Assembly (NCBI RefSeq): GCF_009914755.1 | Contig: NC_060945.1 | Source of the DNA: the human T2T-CHM13v2.0 reference genome, Homo sapiens | Reading direction: 5' to 3' (one strand) | DNA: 64,000 nt | Shown here: one piece after another, positions 14,189-32,000 of the stretch | How positions within the stretch are numbered: the stretch's first letter is position 1 | Layout: the number at the start of each line of letters is the position of its first letter | Notes under the pieces: generated by a model | Told to the model about the DNA's origin: nothing | Databases searched by the model: none | What the model saw: only the letters and a program-made list of their open reading frames with translations | Translations under genes and position numbers: made by a program

Positions 14189-15200
14189 ATGGGGAGAAAC
14201 CAGAGCAGAAAAGCTGAAAGTTCTAAAAACCAGAGCACCTCTTCTCCTCCAAAGGATCACAGCTCCTCGCCAGCAATGGAACAAAGCTGGATGGAGAATG
14301 ACTTTGATGAGTTGACAGAAGTAGGCTTCAGAAGGTCGGTAATAGCAAACTTCTCCAAGATAAAGGAGGAAGTTTCAACACATCGCAAGGTAGCTAAAAA
14401 CCTTGAAAAAAGATTAGATGAATGGCTAACTAGAATAAACAGTGTAGAGAAGATCTTAAATGACCTGATAGAGCTGAAAACCATGGCACGAGAACTACGT
14501 TACACATGCACAAGCTTCAATAGCCGATTCGATCAAGTGGAAGAAAGGGTATCAGTGATTGAAGATCAAATTAACGAAATAAAGCGAGAAGAGAAGTTTA
14601 GAGAAAAAAGAGTAAAAAAGAAATATGGGACTATGTGAAAAGACCAAATCTACATTTGATTGGTATACCTGAAAGTGAGGAGGAGAATGAAACCAAGTTG
14701 GAAAACACTCTTCAGGATATTATCCAGGACAACTTCCCCAACCTAGCAAGGCAGGCCGACATTCAAATTCAGGAAATACAGAGAACACCACAGATACTCC
14801 TCGAGAAGAGCAACCACAAGACACATAATTGTCAGATTCACCAAGGTTGAAATGAAGGAAAAAATGTTAAGGGCAGCCAGAGAGAAAGGTCGGGTTACCC
14901 ACAAAGGGAAGCCCATCAGACTAACAGCAGATCTCTCTGCAGAAATCCTAGAAGCCGAAGAGAGTGGGGGCCAATATTCAACATTCTTAAAGAAAAGAAT
15001 TTTCAACCCAGAATTTCATATGAAGCCAAACTAACCTTCACAAGTGAAGGAGAAATAAAATACTTTACAGACAAGCAAATGCTGAGAGATTTTGTCACCA
15101 CCAGGTCTCTCTTACAAGAGCTCCTGAAGGAAGAACTAAACATGGAAAGGAACAACCAGTACCAGTCACTGAAAAAAAAAAAAAAAAACACAAATTGTAA
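14189..15200 (+). pseudogene. L1 ORF1p (RNA-binding chaperone), frameshifted
   Basis: MGRNQSRKAE start; fragments KRPNLHLIGIPE and MLRAAREKGRVTHKGKPIRLTADLS lie in separate ORFs; deletion near 14620 and A-run expansion near 15172-15188. Confidence 0.93.
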
Positions 15201-15262
15201 AAACCATCAATGTTAGGAGGAAACTGCATCAATTAACAGGCAAAATAACCAGGATCATCGTA

Positions 15263-19076
<3,814 letters not shown>

Positions 19077-19302
19077 ACAATGAGAACACTTGGACACAGG
19101 GAGGGGAATATCACACACCAGGCCTGTCATGGGGTTGGGGGCAGAGGGAGGGATAGCATTAAGAGAAATACCTAATGTAAATGACGAGTTAATGGATGCA
19201 GCAAACCAACATGGCACATGTATACTATTTAACAAACCTGCACGTTGTGCACATGTACCCTAGAACTTAAAAGTATAATAAAAAAATAAAAATTAAAAAT
19301 AA

Positions 19303-19642
<340 letters not shown>

Positions 19643-20304
19643 ATGACTTCCTGTAACATTAATTAGATTGTTTCTCACACCACCTCCATGAAAATCAGTG
19701 GGGGTAGTTTTTCAAACTGAAGATTTTTGGTACCTCCCTTGGATCTATTTAATATGAAACTCTGGATCATGGCTTACATTTCTGAATTCTTAACAAATCC
19801 CTAGACTTTCTCTTGTACCACTGCCAATTGCCCTCTGTCGAGGTTTCATAAGAAAAATATATTTGCAGTTTCTACTTAACTTCATTTTACAACTTTGGAG
19901 CAAATATATATCACTCAGGTACTGGGAAGAGGAATAAAGGGAGCAGGAGAATGAGGAAAAGAAGCGAAATCTAATGAGATTATGAAAGGGAAGCCTCAAT
20001 AGGAGAGAAATGCTGGCAGAAATTGTCTTCTAAGTTCACAATTTTGCCATCATATCCAACCATGTTTTTAGTACTACATTCTTGGGATAAAGGGGAGATA
20101 TCAGCTTCTGGGAGGACTTTTGTCCCTTGTTATGTTTCAATACTGGTGAGAAATCTTCACTGAGTAGCAGTAGCTGTGGTCACTTGATGTAGAGGGGACA
20201 GAGCTTGCTAATCCCTTTAACACATTAACTGTTAATGCTATTATTACTCATGATGTTACTGTTCTTTGGAACCTGTTTGTACTGAAGCAATATCTTTACG
20301 TTAC

Positions 20305-20573
20305 TTTTATTTTTTATTATTTGTCTTTAACTTTTATTTTAGGGTTTAGGGGTACATGTGCAGGTTTTTTATATAGGCAAATTGTATGTCACGGAGGTTT
20401 GGTGCACAGATTATTTCACTACCTAGCTAATAGACGTAGTGCCTGATAGGTAGTTTTTTGGTCCTCACCCCCCTCCTACACTTTACCCTGAAGTAGGCTC
20501 CGTTGTTTGTTGTTCCCTTCTCTGTGTCCATGTGTACTCAATGTTTAGCTCCCACTGATAAGTAAGAACATGC
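20305..20573 (-). mobile_element. L1PA13-16-like 3' end fragment
   Basis: ggggtacatgtgcaggtt...tgtgtactcaatgtttagctcccactgataagtaagaacatg. Confidence 0.85.
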
Positions 20574-22215
20574 TTAAACTACTTACTTACTGCTGATTAT
20601 ATCATTACTCATGGTGCTATATCATCCATCATGCTGCCGATAAATATCCGCACTCATTGTCTCTCTCAAAAGTTCTACTATGCTTTGTTGATGATGACCA
20701 TAAGTGCAAGTCTTACCCAGAGGATGCAAGAAACTAAATGGTAATTTGCTTTCTGGTCATGTTATATTTGCCATTTGGAATTCAATATTGCAGTCACATA
20801 TCAACATATTTTCACCCGCTCACTTCTACATATTGCCAAAAGCAGAAAGGATAGACAAGTCTCTATGTGGGGTGATAAGAATGACCTCATTTTGTACAAA
20901 GAATATCTGTCCGTTGTCAACCATGTGTTAAGACCAACCCAGGAGAGTATGACATCAGTGAAGCATTAGTGTTAAGGAGAAAATAGTCTTAAAGTCCTCA
21001 GAGGACGTAGAAGGAGACAGGAGCTGAGGCCATTTCTGGAGGATTACCTGACATGCAGCATGGAGGCTCAGAAGGATTGGGGTAACCGCTGTGAATGTCA
21101 GTGGTCGGTCTGCACAGAGTAAATGATGCCTGCTTGTTACCTCTGTGTATGAGTGCGAGAGACTGGAGACCGCACTATTGTCGGAACAGATATGTTCGTG
21201 AGCCATTGTGTTAGCCCACACTGTTGCTTAAGCCTAAGGGGTGGTAATGAGCATGGGCGGCCCACAGCCTTAAAGTCTTCCTGCAGTCCACAATGTGCAT
21301 GAGGGTCACTCAAATTCAGTGTGTAAACACTAACACAGCTGTCCAGTCTTATGCAACCATGCAAACAAATAGACCACCACCACCACCAACAAAAAACCCA
21401 TCACTCTGGCCAGTGAGCATGATCTTCTTGCCAGTCTGGGCTCCTGGAACTAGGACCTGGAATGGGGATCAGGGACAACTCCATAGGAACAGAGCTCAGA
21501 GCTCCTTGTGACATCTGGTCAACCTCACCCACTGAGTAGAATATTGAAAAGTGTCCCCCCGGAAGAGAACTGGGGCTCAGTTCAGACTCAGATGCTTCAC
21601 ATAAAATGCACTGAATTCTCAGATATGGGAGAAGGGCTTAGAAAATGTGAAAATGACACACAAAGGCATAAAACTTTGTTAATCTCAGACCAGGGAAGGG
21701 GCCTGGTTTGCATGGACTTAAGAAAAGTAGTCTTGATAATAAAGCTCTAATGTTAAAGGGCTGATGAACGGACATAAACCTTGGTCAATGTTAATCTCTT
21801 TCAACAGTGCTTAAAATTTCTTTTTGATTAATTCATGACAATAACGGTATGTATTTGAGGTCAGGTTAATTAAGTCTTTAAGTTCTTCAGAACAGACTGA
21901 TCTCTGTCCTCTCTACATCAGCATTGCTTTCTTTTCCTCATGGAGGAAGAAATGAGGTTATTCAAGAATGATGCATTTGACAATGAAGAACAGGAAGAGA
22001 TGGATCCTAGACCTGAAGCTAAAGAGTTAGTGCCTCAACCCTGTAACAAAACTTCATGTGCACTGATGGAACAATATTTTTAAAAAATAAGTACCCTTCC
22101 CTACTTCTATTTTAAATCATCATTAACAAATCACTATTCTTCATGTGGAACCATACATTTTTTAATAAATTTGTAATCAAATTGTAATAAATTTTGTAAT
22201 AAATTTGTAATCAAA

Positions 22216-22323
22216 TTGCCCTTAGTTCTCTCTTTCTCCACTATGAGGGCATGAAACTTATGGCCCTCCACAGAGAGGGCCATAAGACATAAGAAAGTTG
22301 TCAACCATTCCAAATCATTATCT
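22216..22323 (+). repeat. Dispersed direct repeat, copy A (partner 23620-23724)
   Basis: 44-bp identical block ttgcccttag...atgaaactt followed by similar sequence; both minus-strand ORFs share KFHALIVEKERTKG. Confidence 0.95.
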
Positions 22324-22401
22324 AGACAGGTGCCTCCCAAAAATATTTACCTGGAGGACTTCAAACCCTAGTGGTGGACTTGATTATCAATTCCCTTCCA
22401 G

Positions 22402-22405
<4 letters not shown>

Positions 22406-22433
<28 letters not shown>
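22406..22433. repeat. (CT)n microsatellite
   Basis: Directly visible. Confidence 0.9.
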
Positions 22434-23619
22434 CTGTTCCCCACTCCTCAACCTCTCCTCTATTCCAACTGGTATCTCATAACTATCAGTGAAGCTGGAA
22501 TGAGAGACTACATCTATGATCTCATCTGATGATTTTATGTCCTGATTTTGTCCTGATTTTTTTAAGAAACAATTATTGTTGACGTTTGGAATCTTACCAC
22601 AGGGCAGGAGGATAGACATAGCTAGGGTTTACTGATGAAGAAGTTAAAGTCTTGTCTGTCTCATAAAGCTAACTGAATAACAAATGTATCGCTTAAATAT
22701 CCAAACGGTGTAGCTGGCTTATTAAAATGGTGTGGGCTGAGAGACTAATTGTGACCTCTTTCCTCGTTATGTTTTTGCTTGAAAAAGTACTCAGCTTGCT
22801 TTCGGTTGTCCATATGTTGGTGAAGATGCCTGATTGTATGAAGCTAAAGTCTTCTAAACAACAAAAGTTGAGGGTGACTTAAAACTGTAATCATTTAGCT
22901 TTGGAAATAAACTTTGTGGAGAGGAAATTAATATTAACTTAAAATGCTGGAAAAAGCATAAAGAAATCAATCCATACCTACAAAGTGTATTTCTTGAAAT
23001 CTTGCTTATGATATTTTCCTCTAAGATATATATCTATATAAAACTAATTTGAAAATAATAAATTCCCCACTATATTTTAACAAATATTTTTAGGTATTTT
23101 GTTTAAAATCCTTGACTGTTAGGCTGCATTGTCTGTTTTGCTTCTTTACAATAACTTGTGCTTGAGGAATACAGACCTGCTAAGGTTGATTGGGTGAAAG
23201 CCATTACATTTGGCAAAGTGCCTTGGATAAATCAACGAATTCCTGAAGGCCTGGCCTTTAGATTCAAACCTCTGTTAGCACGTAAGAAGGAAGCAACGTG
23301 TCATTTCTGAGTGACATGTTGTCCCAAGAAGACATAACATCCAGCTCCATTCTACCACCTAAAAATGGCTCTTGCGAGCTCTCTTATCTCCTGTCCCCAT
23401 TAAACTCTAATGCTTTATCTGGTATGAGTGAGAAACAAATGGTACTCAGCAGAAACCTAGATAACTGATAAGTCAAGGTCAGTGGTCCCAAAGAGAGCCC
23501 CTTTAGTTTTCTCCTTAAAAGAAAAAGACAGCTGAAAAAAGCAGATTTCACAAAATGGGAAATGGAAAACATATTGTATGCATTTAAAATGGGTGATTTG
23601 AATGCAAAGGAAATCCCTT

Positions 23620-23724
23620 TTGCCCTTAGTTCTCTCTTTCTCCACTATGAGGGCATGAAACTTTAGAAGGTACCGAGAGGGCCATAAGACATGAGAAAAT
23701 TTCCAACTATTCCAAATCATTATC
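23620..23724 (+). repeat. Dispersed direct repeat, copy B (partner 22216-22323)
   Basis: Same alignment as copy A. Confidence 0.95.
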
Positions 23725-24464
23725 CATATGTGGATTTTAAAAACCGTTACTCCTATGAGATTGTTTTTTAATTTCTAAGGCTCCACAGGGCATTCTTTGT
23801 CTTATATCCTGTATTCCTCCTTTGTTTGGATGTTATAAAGCAGTACTTAAACTCTATAGTTCATTCTGATGAATAGTTTTATTTACTCAGGAATATGATC
23901 TTCATCTCAAAAGAACTAGATGTAGCATTTGATACAAAGGTCACCACTGCTATATTGCTTACAAATTACGAATTTAATAGCACTTCTGTCTTCCTCTTTA
24001 CCCCTACCATCCATATAGGACTAGTGTGAAAGAAAGACCTGTTCTTCTGGCAGGTTGAATATAAAACACTGGAGTTTTTGTTTAAATGAAAATCGTTTCA
24101 TTTTTCATTTCTGAAATCAAACCAATGGCCTCTCAGTGGTTCAATTAATGCATATGAAAACTTGATGGAAGCTGTAACTTACTACTGCTGTTACGTTATT
24201 CTTTAGAAAATATGATATTTTAAAATACATTTTCAATTTACCACATTCTATGCTAAAATATTTTAAACTAAAATTTTCTATCTATCAAAGATTATGGCCA
24301 ATCATCAAGTAATTAAGAGAATCTGTAATATAAGTCAACAAGTCAAGAAGATCAAAAAGAAGAAAAACTGTGATCCCTGCTCTGTCCTATGTAGTTGTGG
24401 GTTCAGTGAGAGGTATGCTTTCAAAAAACAATCATTAATAAATTATGAAGAAATCACCATTTAG

Positions 24465-24480
24465 ACTGCCCTCTAGTGTT
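24465..24480 (-). promoter_or_regulatory. Candidate CTCF site
   Basis: Minus strand AACACTAGAGGGCAGT matches the CTCF core CCACYAGRKGGCRS except at the first base; motif only. Confidence 0.35.
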
Positions 24481-24772
24481 TGTAAATTCAAACCCAGATT
24501 GGATGTGAAGCAGTGAAGAGACCAGAGAACACATAACCCATGTCACTGAGTATCCACTGCTGGCTCCAGCCAATATTTTCCAAGTAGGACTGTGGTCCTT
24601 GATTTGCCAATTCTTCTGGATTCTCCAAAATGTCAGTTCAGGTTTTGTATTGAAATCTATCAATTTATCAATGTTGGCCCCTAACTCCATTTTTAAATAT
24701 AACATTCTGTGAACCAAACTAAAAACATCTGCAGGCCAGATGTGGCCAAAAAGCTATCAGTTTGCAAGCCCT
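24480..24772 (-). mobile_element. MER102-like hAT element
   Basis: Reverse complement agggcttgcaaactg...tctggcctgcagatgttt...gccaacatt...gaagaattggcaa...ttggctggagcc follows MER102. Confidence 0.75.
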
Positions 24773-25879
24773 ATTCTAGATTAGTGACTTCTAACCTTGT
24801 TTACTATCAGCAACTTTCAATTATTCACGGCTTCTGCATTTAACATTCATCCCTATATATCTCCTTCTCCCTTCTACTTATTTGCTGGGGTGTGATGGGC
24901 TCTTCAATACATTGTTTCCCAACAAAACGCCACTTAGTCTGTGGAAATATACTTCTCTAAGCACATAATCACGATTCAAAGTTATAATAAACCCTATGAC
25001 ATATCTGTAGGATACAATTTGGTGAGGATGAGAACAGTCAAATAGATACACAATTGAAAGAACTGTAAGTAAAATATTAATAGTGAATTCCTCTGAGTAG
25101 TGAGAGGATGAGTACATTTAAAAAGATAAATATCTGTGTTTTGGCAATAAATTAATATTATATATATATTCATTGCAAGAGTTTTCAATTACTTAGCCTT
25201 TTTGGCTATGATCAAGTGAAAGAGTTTTCAGAGTACGTTTCTCTGGGTGGTGAAGGAGAGGGATGTATGGGGAAGAAAGTATTAGAAGAAAATTTATTTT
25301 TTCTGAAAGAAATTGACAAGATTGATGATGTTCATGCCTTTTCAAACATGAATATGTATCTTGCCATTTAAAAAAATTATAAATGTTGTAAGCATAAAAA
25401 CTAATGTCCATCAACAAATAAATACAATTTAATTATTTTTCTTTTTATGCTTACAATCCACTTTGACAAGTTGGAAAAAAAATGTGTTTTGTCTCAGAAA
25501 ACCCAGAAGAGAATGTCCACAGAGTGAACAGACCTATCCCGTGGAAATTCACATTCACTAATTCAGATTGTGTTTACTCCTCCAAGCTTCACCACCTTCT
25601 TCCCAAAATTAAATGACCACATCTTTATAAAACAGTGTTATCTGTTATTTCACAGGCATTTAAAAACATTTGAATAAATTATGGCACACAGATGAATGCA
25701 GATGGTTAAGAATAAAAATTGTATTCATTTTCAAGTTGACTATTAAATTTCTTTTTAAATTTACCCTTTATTTTTCTTTCAAGAGAACCTCCTGCTACTT
25801 TTCTGTCTCACAGTCATATCTTTTCTATCTTTTCTTTTACTGTTTTGCCTTTTCTTTCCTCATTTTTCGTTATTTTTCC

Positions 25880-26766
<887 letters not shown>

Positions 26767-27030
26767 ATGACCTACTCAAAGGGTAGCAAATATTGCCTAT
26801 TTTTATATATTCACTAATTCAATTGGGCTAACAGAGGACCCAGTAAGACCCTTACATAACTATTTGAAAAATAAATTTAAATAATCTCTAATTAGTATAA
26901 TGGGTGTTCTTAGTGCAGTGGGTACTTTTAAAGTGCTTTGTGGCTTTTGATGAAAATTGTCTTAGTATTTAAAACTTTTTCTTACCCAATTTTTTGTTCC
27001 CATCGAATTAGCAATGCTGTAAAGAAAGGC

Positions 27031-27454
27031 ATCTTATTCCATTTTTTGTTGCTATAAAGGAATACTTGAGGCTGGGTAATTTATAAAGATGAAAAGTTTA
27101 TTTGGCTCGCAATTCTGGATGGCTGGAAGGTTAAGTACTGGGCCACAGCATCTGGTGGGGGCCTCGAGCTGCTTCTAGTCATAATGGAAGGTGAAGGGTG
27201 TAAAGATCATGTGACAAGGGAGGAAAGAAGAGAAGGAAGGAGGTGCTGGTTCTTTCTATCAAACAATTCGCAAGAGAACTAATAGAGAAAGAACTCACTT
27301 AGCCCTGTGGGAACACATTAATCTATTCATAAGGGATCTGGCTGTATGATACAAACACCTCCCATTAGGCCCCACCTCCAAATTGTATCCCATTGGGGAT
27401 CAAATTTCAAAAAGAGATTTGGAAGGAACAAACAAACCATATCTAAGCCATAGT
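27031..27454 (-). mobile_element. MSTB-like MaLR LTR
   Basis: gttgctataaaggaatacttgaggctgggtaatttataaag...cccattaggccccacctcc...ggggatcaaatttcaa. Confidence 0.88.
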
Positions 27455-28119
27455 AAAAGGAATGGCTTTTCAAAGGTAAAATTTACTGAGTGTATTAATA
27501 TTTTACCAATTTCCAGCCAGGAGAGTATGAATGTTGCATTATTACATTGCTTTGAAACAAAGCATTATTCTTAATTCAGAAGTTTAAATTCAGATGTTAA
27601 TGTTGCATATTTAATAATGCACAACCAGTACTAAAATCCTCATTGAAATGACAAATAATTTTATTTTGAATCCCTTATAGAGGTTCACAATGTTTTAACA
27701 ATGTAGTTTTGACTAAATAGAAGTAGTCAAAACCTGTCAGATTGGAAATAGTATTTATAAAACATAAACAACTCGTAGTAGGATCCCACATTGCCAAAAA
27801 TAATAATAATGATGATTTCAAACAATCCTGATCTTCTGATTTGCAAGATTGGTAAATTCTTTCAGGAAAGAAATTGCTTAACTCAGAAGTTCCCACGGTT
27901 GCTTTTCTATTCTAAATCTTCTGGGATGTAGAGATGTCAAGATTGTGAAAGAGTTTAAATCACTTTTTTCTCCCACTTATGCCATACATCTTAACTTTTC
28001 TCTCTTCCTTCAGGTCTTCTCTGTGCTATGCAGATTGTTCCTTACCTCTCTCCCTTCATCCTTTCTTTTTCCTTGTCATCTTACCAATCTACCAATTGTT
28101 TCCCTTTTGAATTTCCTTG

Positions 28120-29068
28120 AAGATTGCTCCGGGTCTCTCTCAGAGAGTGGTGCCCCTGCCTGGGCCTTGCTTGGCTCCTGGCTCACTGCTGGGCTTGCTC
28201 CACCCACTCGGCCTGGCTGGCTGCACTCAGCTTGTGCCACTGGCTGGGATTCTGCACCTGCCATGGTTCTGTGCTCAGCCTGTGGCTGGCCTGGGCATGC
28301 TGTGACCATCTTTCACCTTGGATGCTGGCGTCTGGATGAGGAGGATGCAGCAGTGCCCCAAAACTAGGAGATGCCAGCAACTGCAGAACCCCAAGGGGTG
28401 TTATGGCTCTTGCCTGGGGAGTCCTGAGGTCTGAGTCCAAAAGGGGCATTACCGCTGTCTCTCCTTCCTGCTGCCCACAGTGCCACGAGCAGGAGGGACG
28501 TTTCAGTTCATTTGTGTTTCAGCTCATTCAGTGCAACCCAGCTACAGCCCATGGCTCCTGGACTGGCCCAGCCCCACCACTGCTTCCCATCATATATGTG
28601 GTGCAGCCACCCAGTATCGGTGGAAGGCACGAGAACTACAGTGTTACAGCACCTTTTGCACCCACTGTTCAGTGGGTCCTGGGTTCTTGTCTCATGTCCA
28701 AGGAGAATGAGATTATGTGGACAACCAGAGAGTGAGCAAGGCAGAGGAGGGTTTTCTTGAGCAACAGAACAGCACTTGATACAAGATGGGACCTGAAGTG
28801 CATAGTCCCTACCCAAAGGTGGGTAGTCTCAATGTGTCACTGAGTCTGGGGTTTTTATGGGCTCAGAAGGGGGAAGTGTGTGTTGATTGGTCCATGGCCT
28901 GGAAAAAGCACCATTCAGTTGGCTAAAAGGCATTAAGGAAGCTCTCACTCCAGTTGTGGACTCTGGCAGCTCAGTTTTTAGGCTTTAAGCTGTCTTTGGC
29001 TTGAAGGTCTGGTTTCACCAGGGACCTGCCCTGTCTGCCTAGAAATTTGTCTGCCTCCTGATGCTATC
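28120..29068 (-). mobile_element. MER52-family ERV1 LTR
   Basis: GC-rich block with ggagtcctgaggtctgag, gggtcctgggttcttgtctcatgtccaaggagaatgag and terminus tttgtctgcctcctgatgctatca; left boundary uncertain. Confidence 0.75.
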
Positions 29069-32000
29069 AATTTCCAGTTCCAGAAAAAAAAAAAAAAACT
29101 TTCAAAATCAGCAAATTCTAATTTTCAAGCCATTAGATTCCTTCTCACTTTTCCTGTTAAATTACTTGATATGTTTCAGGAATTGAACTTTAATTAGTCA
29201 TTAAAGTGATTACTGTTCTTCAGCCCTGGCTGACTCAATTATGGCAACCTATTTCTTAGTGACCTTTTTCTGCCTAAATTAAGCAAAACATAAACAGGAT
29301 CCATGTATTACATCAGGGAAAGAATATGTGAATAAACTAAACAAAAAAGTATCTAGTTCTCATATTTGAGACATTTTTACTCTCAGAAAGTCAATGTTGT
29401 GCCTTTAGTCTCTGCTTTTATGATGCAGGAATGTGGAGAGTGATGGGCAGGGGTGAAGTATTCAGGTAGCTACACAATTGACTCACATTACCAGAACTAA
29501 GTTGGAACCATAATGTTTTCAAGAGGTTTTTGAGTTAAGGTCTGAATTGCTACCGTTTCACCTCAGCAGAACTGAACACTTACTTAATTTTATGTGTAAT
29601 TTCATTAAATAGCACTTAATACCTACAATAAACTATGTTGGAAATGGCTAAGCAGAGAGATAAATTTAAGGCAGCTTATGACTTTATCATTATCAGGTAC
29701 AAAGGAAGAAGACTATTTCTTTATATATAATTGAATTTACATTTTATGCTATAACAGTCGAAATGAGAATTGTTAGTCATTTAAAGAGGCACTTTAAAGA
29801 TTAACTTAATGACACATATTTTGACTATTTAAAGAGGCCTAAAAGAACAAAGGGGAGTTTTATTTGGAAAAATCTCTTACTTCTTTGTAGCCATTATCAG
29901 AATGTATTAATGGGGCTTTGTGCTGGATAAATAGGTTTGTGTGGGTGGCTGTGGGGAGGGAAGTGAGGTGGCATTTACTCAGCGGCCTTTCATTTTCTAA
30001 AATTGAAAATTCTATCAGTTACCATAAATTAAGTTTAATTTAAATCATTTGGTATCAAATATCTAAAAACAATAACTAAACTTAAAAGGAGAAAAAGATA
30101 AAATGAGAGTAAGAAAAAGTGGCAAAGAGCTGAAAACTCTTCTAAAGCAAAATCCCAGACTGAAATTATAAATCTCTTAAAGCAGTGTTTTGGTAATTTG
30201 GGTTATTACTCATGCACCAGCCAAGCTCTGAATTACAAGGGCGTGTAGACAGCACTCTGCCTCGGGGTTATGCAGCGAGATCTGTTCCCCTTGGTTCTGC
30301 TGGCTGTGAAGAGTTCTGGCTGGTGAAGAGGCACCAAAAGAATCCTGTGTCAAAATGACTTTAGATATAATCTAGAGCAGACTCCTCACTTTGTAATGAC
30401 TGAAATGCAGAGAGGCAGAGACATGCTTGCAGTCTCAAGCTGTTCACTGCCAAATCCAGACTTGAATGAGGGTCATTTTCCCACAGACTTCCCACTGAAG
30501 CTTGAGGCCTCTGACATAATATCTAAGCATTTTTCAGTAGCTACTATTTGGACTAGATAATATATTCAGGGTGATTTTTAAAGTTGACCATTTTCCTTCA
30601 TAGGTGAGAAATTAAACGGTATGGAAATGATAATTACCTTTCAAGTAGTTTTTAACTAAGAGAATGTATATAATAATATTAATGTGAATAAATATCCAAA
30701 GCCAAGGTGTTTCCAAGAGTATGTGTGACAAGTATTCAGAACTAATAAGAATACTCAAATTAATGTTAATGTCTCTCTCTGTTGGTTTATGACTTGCCAA
30801 ATGTGAATTATCTCCTCAAATACACACGTGAATTGGCTGCTGATGATTATTTGACAGGACACATTTTACCTGCAGCAACATTCAACATTTTACTACCCAC
30901 GGCATTATTTGAAAGATAATCAATACTTTTTGCTAAAGCTCCAGGCACTAGACGCTAATCATATGCAACACTGCTAGACAGAAAACATAAAGTCAGATTT
31001 ACATGTTTCTGGCACTCTTTAAAATGATAGTAGGGTTGTGATTATCAGGTAAGATTTGCTATTGAACCATGAGGTTTTGGATTATCTGTTAGGACATGGG
31101 AGTTTCAGCAAACATTGATTGTGCTTCTGATATTTTCACACTTAATGAGATGGTCGATGTCAGGTTAAGTAAAAGAATGACTGAGAACTCCATTTTGGCT
31201 CAGAAAGGCAGAAAAAGGTAAAAGAAAGAGAACTTAACAGTAGAAACCATCTAAGTGGCTTCTTACTTTTGGTTCAATCTAATAAATAAGAACTTGAACA
31301 GGAAACTCATATCAATCCAAAGATTCAAACTTACCCTGATATAAGGAGACTTTTAGACCAAGAGAAGAAAGCTTATCTGTGATTAAATTGAAATTTGCTT
31401 GGGATAATTATTCGCCATCAGTCACACAATTTAGACCTAAAATTCACAGATGCAGGAAACCAGGATTACATTATCTTTCCCAAATTACAGTATCTTTTCA
31501 GTTTCTTATTTAGTTACTGAACTATTATAGAATAGTTGATTGTAAATGCTTCTGAGAACTTAAAAATTGCATCCTTTCTCTCAATTATGTGTTTTTAAAC
31601 TTGACTCTTGGGATTAGTGAAGCTATTATGATCACATTTCACAGAGATGACAAAGACAGGAAGCTAATATGCTAACATGAAAGATTAACTTTAATTATAT
31701 TCTTCTATGGCTTGTGTATTTTTTAAATATAGACATTCATGTTGCATCTATCTACATTTATGTTGCATCTATCATATGTCATCCAGACTCAGTCAACAAT
31801 TCACTTCTTTAAACTATTAGCAATAAACTAAAGCATTTGTTAGCATGCTGTTTGATTTACATTTTAAACCTAATTCTCCATCCAACACTTTAATGTAAAA
31901 ACTGAGCACTGAAATAAACAGCATTAGTTTTTCCTTGCTAAAATAACAAGTTTGCCTTTAAAATTATTTACTGTTGTAACCTGTGAATTAATGTGCCTTG

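Noticed and set aside
22163-22217. CRISPR-like or satellite array
   Set aside because: Short degenerate units with no unique spacers in eukaryotic DNA; treated as junction stutter
27945-28816. Dense cluster of overlapping ORFs suggesting a gene or CpG island
   Set aside because: Explained by a GC-rich, stop-poor MER52-like LTR; no recognisable protein and CpGs are depleted
31325-31450. Possible minus-strand exon (GG|GTAAGT donor near 31335, acceptor-like site near 31440); similar isolated donors near 36303, 39486 and 40597
   Set aside because: Isolated splice-like motifs are expected by chance in 64 kb; no coherent exon chain or reading frame, though a lncRNA cannot be excluded
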